Source: an uncultured cyanobacterium (GTDB taxonomy: Bacteria > Cyanobacteriota > Cyanobacteriia > Cyanobacteriales > Nostocaceae). From it: 64,000 nucleotides of DNA. Shown piece by piece: positions 60,207 to 64,000 of this stretch (position 1 is the first letter of the stretch; each line of letters opens with the position of its first letter). The notes under the pieces are model-generated. The model was not told the origin of the DNA and ran no database searches. It worked only from the letters and a program-made list of their open reading frames with translations. The stretch is from contig CAVUDP010000002.1 in the NCBI GenBank assembly GCA_963740315.1, positions 3,921,413 to 3,985,412 of the forward strand, given 5' to 3'. The translations under genes and the position numbers were made by a program.

Positions 60207-61427
60207 TTAGATTTGCTTAATTTCTTTTTCAGCTTGATGAAAAATCCCTTTCAAAGCGTCATTCACTTTGACGTATTTCTGTCTGAAAATATTAGGGGTT
60301 ATTTCTAAAACGTACTTTTCTGTAATTGGCACACCATTTAATTTAAAAGAAATTGGTAGCCATAATACCCTCCATCTATACCTGAATATAAAGGCTTCTG
60401 TCGAGTGCAAACAGTTTCCTTCGTAGCAATGGCGTTTAATTACTAAAGCATCATCGTAGTATGATAGTGCCCTCTCCAATGATTTTGTGGTTTCATTTTC
60501 GATAACAAAAGGTTGTTTGAAAATATTATCGAAATTAAACTTCAAGTTTTCAAGCCGTTCTGAATATTCAATATACTCCATAGGACTACGAAGCCGTTCG
60601 GCAAACTTTTTGAAACTCCTTACTAAAAGATTTAACCGAATAGCAGCCATTTTGTATTGAATGTTATTCAGTACAATTTGATAACTTTCCAAATATTTTT
60701 CTTTGTTTTCAGCTATGCTTGTTTGATTTGGAAGGTCGTCGAGCAACTGAATTGCATTTCTTACTTTCAATTCCGCTTGTGATAAAGACTTTAAATTAAA
60801 GTTATAGCGAATCATATTTTCTGCCTGTAACTTTAAATTTATCGAGCGATTCAAAGCGTTAAGAGCAATTTGTTCGTTTTGAATTTTCTGATTGATCAGT
60901 TGCAACTGCTCCTGATATTTGCTTAACTCTGTTTGAGCTTCTTTTGATATGTCAACATCAGGTGGAATACTTTGAATCTCAACAATTGCGGATTCTAAAT
61001 CAACACGAATATTTTGCCATTCTCCTATAGGAAGAACGGTTTGGTTCTCAACAGAAAAAGCCTTGGTGCTTAAACTTTTAGCAGTTAGTAAACTACTTTT
61101 AGCGTTAACAACTTTGATGCATTCGGAAAACTTCGTCAGTTCTTTTTGAGCTGCTGGATAAGTAGAACCAGGTAATTTAGGAATACCGTACAATAACTTA
61201 ACTGCCCGATCTACATTTTGAGCAGTCGCTGAAAAATTATCTACTTGAGTTGGTTCAACACATTCTTTGGCTAACAAGTTTTGAGCTGAATCAATTTTTC
61301 TTTCTTGTTCCTGCTGGAATTTCATCCAACCTAACGAACTACCAGCGGCTAATAATGTCGCAAACAATACAACAAGGCTGGTTTTTCTATATTTTATTTG
61401 TGGATTTTTATCTTTTACGAGTACCAT
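60207..61427 (-). CDS. Membrane-anchored helical hypothetical protein
   Basis: N-terminal TM then helical repeats. Confidence 0.7.
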   Translation of the reverse strand: MVLVKDKNPQIKYRKTSLVVLFATLLAAGSSLGWMKFQQEQERKIDSAQNLLAKECVEPTQVDNFSATAQNVDRAVKLLYGIPKLPGSTYPAAQKELTKFSECIKVVNAKSSLLTAKSLSTKAFSVENQTVLPIGEWQNIRVDLESAIVEIQSIPPDVDISKEAQTELSKYQEQLQLINQKIQNEQIALNALNRSINLKLQAENMIRYNFNLKSLSQAELKVRNAIQLLDDLPNQTSIAENKEKYLESYQIVLNNIQYKMAAIRLNLLVRSFKKFAERLRSPMEYIEYSERLENLKFNFDNIFKQPFVIENETTKSLERALSYYDDALVIKRHCYEGNCLHSTEAFIFRYRWRVLWLPISFKLNGVPITEKYVLEITPNIFRQKYVKVNDALKGIFHQAEKEIKQI

Positions 61428-61633
61428 AAAACACCTTCCTTTTTATATGCTTCCCCCAGGTTTCGATAAATGGATGTATCCAGAAGTATCTAAAAACTGC
61501 GGCTTTTGCGGACTATTTTGTGAATTTATAACTTTGCTGTCGAATCTGATTTCCCTTTCTATCAAAGATTCTTAGCAGAATATTGAGTTGTATCTAATTC
61601 AATATCTCTATATTTTTAGTTATAAATTATAAA

Positions 61634-61650
61634 GTTGGGGAAGTTGTGAA
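61634..61650 (-). promoter_or_regulatory. Degenerate regulon box
   Basis: TTCACAACTTCCCCAAC, 9 bp, TATAAC. Confidence 0.5.
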
Positions 61651-61740
61651 GAAGTAAATATGAATACATTACGGATAATAAACTTAATACTTCGGTTAAG
61701 ATAATACTTACAAATACTTGTATATAGTTGAATTTTCAAT

Positions 61741-61757
61741 GACACAAGTTCTTCACA
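61741..61757 (+). promoter_or_regulatory. Degenerate regulon box upstream of the DUF4327-like gene
   Basis: GACACAAGTTCTTCACA, 9 bp, TAAGAT. Confidence 0.55.
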
Positions 61758-61850
61758 TTTATTTTATAAGATGAAATTAAAGAAATTACTTTAATAACCC
61801 ACTCATCATCAGTTTATGATGAAATTTTTTAAACCGCGAGGAAGTGAATT

Positions 61851-62075
61851 ATGCTATCAACAATCGAAACATACAACATTGAAACCATCAAAGATGAAAT
61901 AAGAGAACTGGTTGACAGAGGAAAACTTTGCCGCAACGAACCAATTTGTCGTGTCTGTAAGTTTATTCCCCCCCGCGAGTGGATTTGCTTTGAATGCGAG
62001 TTAGAAAAAAATGATTTTTTACCTAGAGATTGGATTATCAATCTTATAGGAGATGAGGAATGGGTTGACGATTAA
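61851..62075 (+). CDS. DUF4327-like small cyanobacterial protein
   Basis: YNIETIKDEIRELV.RG...R..PI...C.FIP.REW...ECELE..DFL.RD....LIG.E.W..D. Confidence 0.8.
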   Translation: MLSTIETYNIETIKDEIRELVDRGKLCRNEPICRVCKFIPPREWICFECELEKNDFLPRDWIINLIGDEEWVDD

Positions 62076-62098
62076 GGAATGAGTTTTGATATTAGCTA

Positions 62099-62129
62099 AC
62101 GGATTGAACTATACTTTAATTCAATCCGT
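62099..62129. terminator. Hairpin between convergent genes
   Basis: ACGGATTGAA...TTCAATCCGT. Confidence 0.55.
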
Positions 62130-62162
62130 CATACTTTTGCAGATAAAAACTTAAGTATCACT

Positions 62163-63104
62163 TTACAAAACTTCTTGTCTGCGGTCGTTGATTTCTTCGG
62201 TAGCTGATAGTGCTGGTGGTTTGTGTCGGAAACCTCCAATTTTTTCTATCATCCACGGCGAAGCTAAAACCCCTCCAAAACCAAACACAGTTAATATTAA
62301 AAAAATCATTCCACCAAATATTGGAATAAGACTGATTGCTCCCATAACTACAATTCCTACTAGCAATTGCGGTATAGAGTAACGTTGATTTCTTAATATT
62401 TTTTCACCGATAAAAAGGCTAATTGCATTTATACCCAATATTTTGGCGAACCCTAATATCAAAGTAGTTATAGGAATTAAAATGCTTCCTAACAGACTTC
62501 CACCAGTAAGAATTACTAAAAGAAGAAATGCAACAAAGCCTCCCAAACCCCAACCTATGCTTTTAGTTGGCTGTTGATTGATAGTTTCCGCAATACTTTG
62601 GAGAAAGCTGGGTATTAACAACATTAAAACGATGCCGATAATAGCAACAGATAACATCAGCAAGGCGTAAAAAGTAGCATTAATCAGATAAATTCGTCCT
62701 AAGAGTCCCCAAAAACCCCAACGTCTTAGACTTTGAATAATACCGCCATTTTCTTCCGTAACTATGACTGCATCTCCGCCAATGGTAACTCCTTCTTCTT
62801 GAAAAATTTCTCCACCAACAGCAGTAGCATCCCCGTCTACTTTTGCACCTGTTTTTAACCTTACATCACCACCAACCGCGACCGCATCACCCGTGACGTG
62901 TCCGTTTTTTAATACTATTACCGAACCAGCAATTGCTGTGACATCTTTGACAACTTCATTTTCTGCAACTGTAATATCGCTGCCAAAATGGATGATATCT
63001 CGATTGGGTGTTTTGGTTTGTGCCGCGACAGTACCCGATAATAGCAGCATTAACAGTGCTAGAACTATCGCTGCAATTATTCTGATTCTCCGATTATGTA
63101 CCAT
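62163..63104 (-). CDS. Membrane protein with N-terminal beta-helix (bactofilin-like) repeats
   Basis: Signal peptide, GDAVAVGGDV-type repeats, several TM helices. Confidence 0.7.
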   Translation of the reverse strand: MVHNRRIRIIAAIVLALLMLLLSGTVAAQTKTPNRDIIHFGSDITVAENEVVKDVTAIAGSVIVLKNGHVTGDAVAVGGDVRLKTGAKVDGDATAVGGEIFQEEGVTIGGDAVIVTEENGGIIQSLRRWGFWGLLGRIYLINATFYALLMLSVAIIGIVLMLLIPSFLQSIAETINQQPTKSIGWGLGGFVAFLLLVILTGGSLLGSILIPITTLILGFAKILGINAISLFIGEKILRNQRYSIPQLLVGIVVMGAISLIPIFGGMIFLILTVFGFGGVLASPWMIEKIGGFRHKPPALSATEEINDRRQEVL

Positions 63105-63180
63105 CTGAATATCTCCAGTGTGGAAACTTAAAACACACTTTTTTAATTTTGATTTTTAATTCTGAGTTATAGACAAAAAA

Positions 63181-63197
63181 TTTGAGGAAGTTGTGAG
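63181..63197 (-). promoter_or_regulatory. Direct-repeat regulon box
   Basis: CTCACAACTTCCTCAAA, 9 bp, TATAAC. Confidence 0.7.
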
Positions 63198-63266
63198 GAA
63201 CTAAAAAACTGTTTTTAATTTTTTCTTTATCATAATCAGTTCTACTTTAAGGTTAAGTTTTATATA

Positions 63267-63283
63267 CTCACGAGTTCCTCAAG
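63267..63283 (+). promoter_or_regulatory. Direct-repeat regulon box
   Basis: CTCACGAGTTCCTCAAG, 9 bp, TATCTT. Confidence 0.7.
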
Positions 63284-63435
63284 TTTTTTCGTTATCTTAA
63301 AAGTAGATAGAAAGTAGATCGATAGCAAAGAAACATTTCTATCTAATCCAAAAAATGTAGGACAAATCCTACATCAAGATAAATCTTTTAATTGATATAG
63401 CTAAGAATTAACTTAGTTTATATCAGGAGGGTTGT

Positions 63436-63948
63436 ATGAGATTTTTTAATTTAGCAATTAGCCTCGGAGCTGCAACCTCCGTTATTCTCTCAGGCGGAAT
63501 TGCTGCTGCTCAACCTACGGGTATGGATGGTAGTTATATCGGTGTTGGTATTGCAGGAGGTGTTACTAGCGGCGGACAAGGAAACGATGGTGAAGTATTC
63601 GGTGGTAACGTTCAAGGACGTTATGCAATTCCTGAAACACCCATTTCTGCAAGAGGTGCAGTTCTATTTGGTGGAGATTCCACGGCAATTATGCCAATGC
63701 TAACTATTGATTCAGCTATTGCCGATAACACTAACCTTTACTTAGGTGCTGGTTATTCCTGGATTACGGACGAAGGTAATAACACCCCTCTGGGTAACAG
63801 AAATGCACCCGTAATTACTCTTGGTGCAGAATCCGAAGTTAGCGATCGCGTTATCGTTTATGGTGATGCAAAGTGGGGTATTGATGCCTATGAAAATAGC
63901 TCTGCTGACGCTGTTAGTCTTCAAGGAGGAGTTGGTTATAGATTCTAA
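63436..63948 (+). CDS. Small outer-membrane beta-barrel protein
   Basis: Signal peptide AAA|Q, amphipathic strands, C-terminal GVGYRF; AGGAGG RBS. Confidence 0.8.
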   Translation: MRFFNLAISLGAATSVILSGGIAAAQPTGMDGSYIGVGIAGGVTSGGQGNDGEVFGGNVQGRYAIPETPISARGAVLFGGDSTAIMPMLTIDSAIADNTNLYLGAGYSWITDEGNNTPLGNRNAPVITLGAESEVSDRVIVYGDAKWGIDAYENSSADAVSLQGGVGYRF

Positions 63949-64000
63949 ATGATGATTCGTATAATGATGGTATTTGCTTATGAATAAACCACAAGTGCGA

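Overview
Cyanobacterial DNA: HIP1 GCGATCGC octamers are frequent and there are Nostocales-style short tandem repeats. Positions ~1-40.4 kb are the backbone of an integrative/conjugative element or integrase-bearing plasmid. It carries a tyrosine integrase end and excisionase, a cyanobacterial-type T4SS (VirB2/3/4/6/8/10-like, VirD4), a replication module (HTH initiator with 5 internal 20-bp-periodic iterons, DnaB, phage-type N6-adenine methyltransferase with 13 x 60-bp repeats), relaxase/MobC and ParM-type partition. Its putative leading region holds a 1452-aa protein with, in the correct order, the motifs of single-chain two-barrel RNA polymerases of the eukaryotic RdRP/phage YonO type (DCDGD catalytic loop); this is the most striking feature. 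Positions ~40.7-64 kb are an accessory block: DevBCA-like exporter, IS630/MITE debris, pflA-adhE-acyl-CoA ligase/GNAT, USP, P-type ATPase and envelope proteins. Almost every transcription unit there is preceded by the same CTCACA-N5-CTCA(C/A)A direct-repeat box, usually 9 bp before a TA-led -10-like hexamer (12 copies), which points to one regulon and reveals an uncalled 39-aa membrane protein. Several genes carry small frameshifts (decay or assembly error). All family calls are by-eye motif recognition, not database searches.
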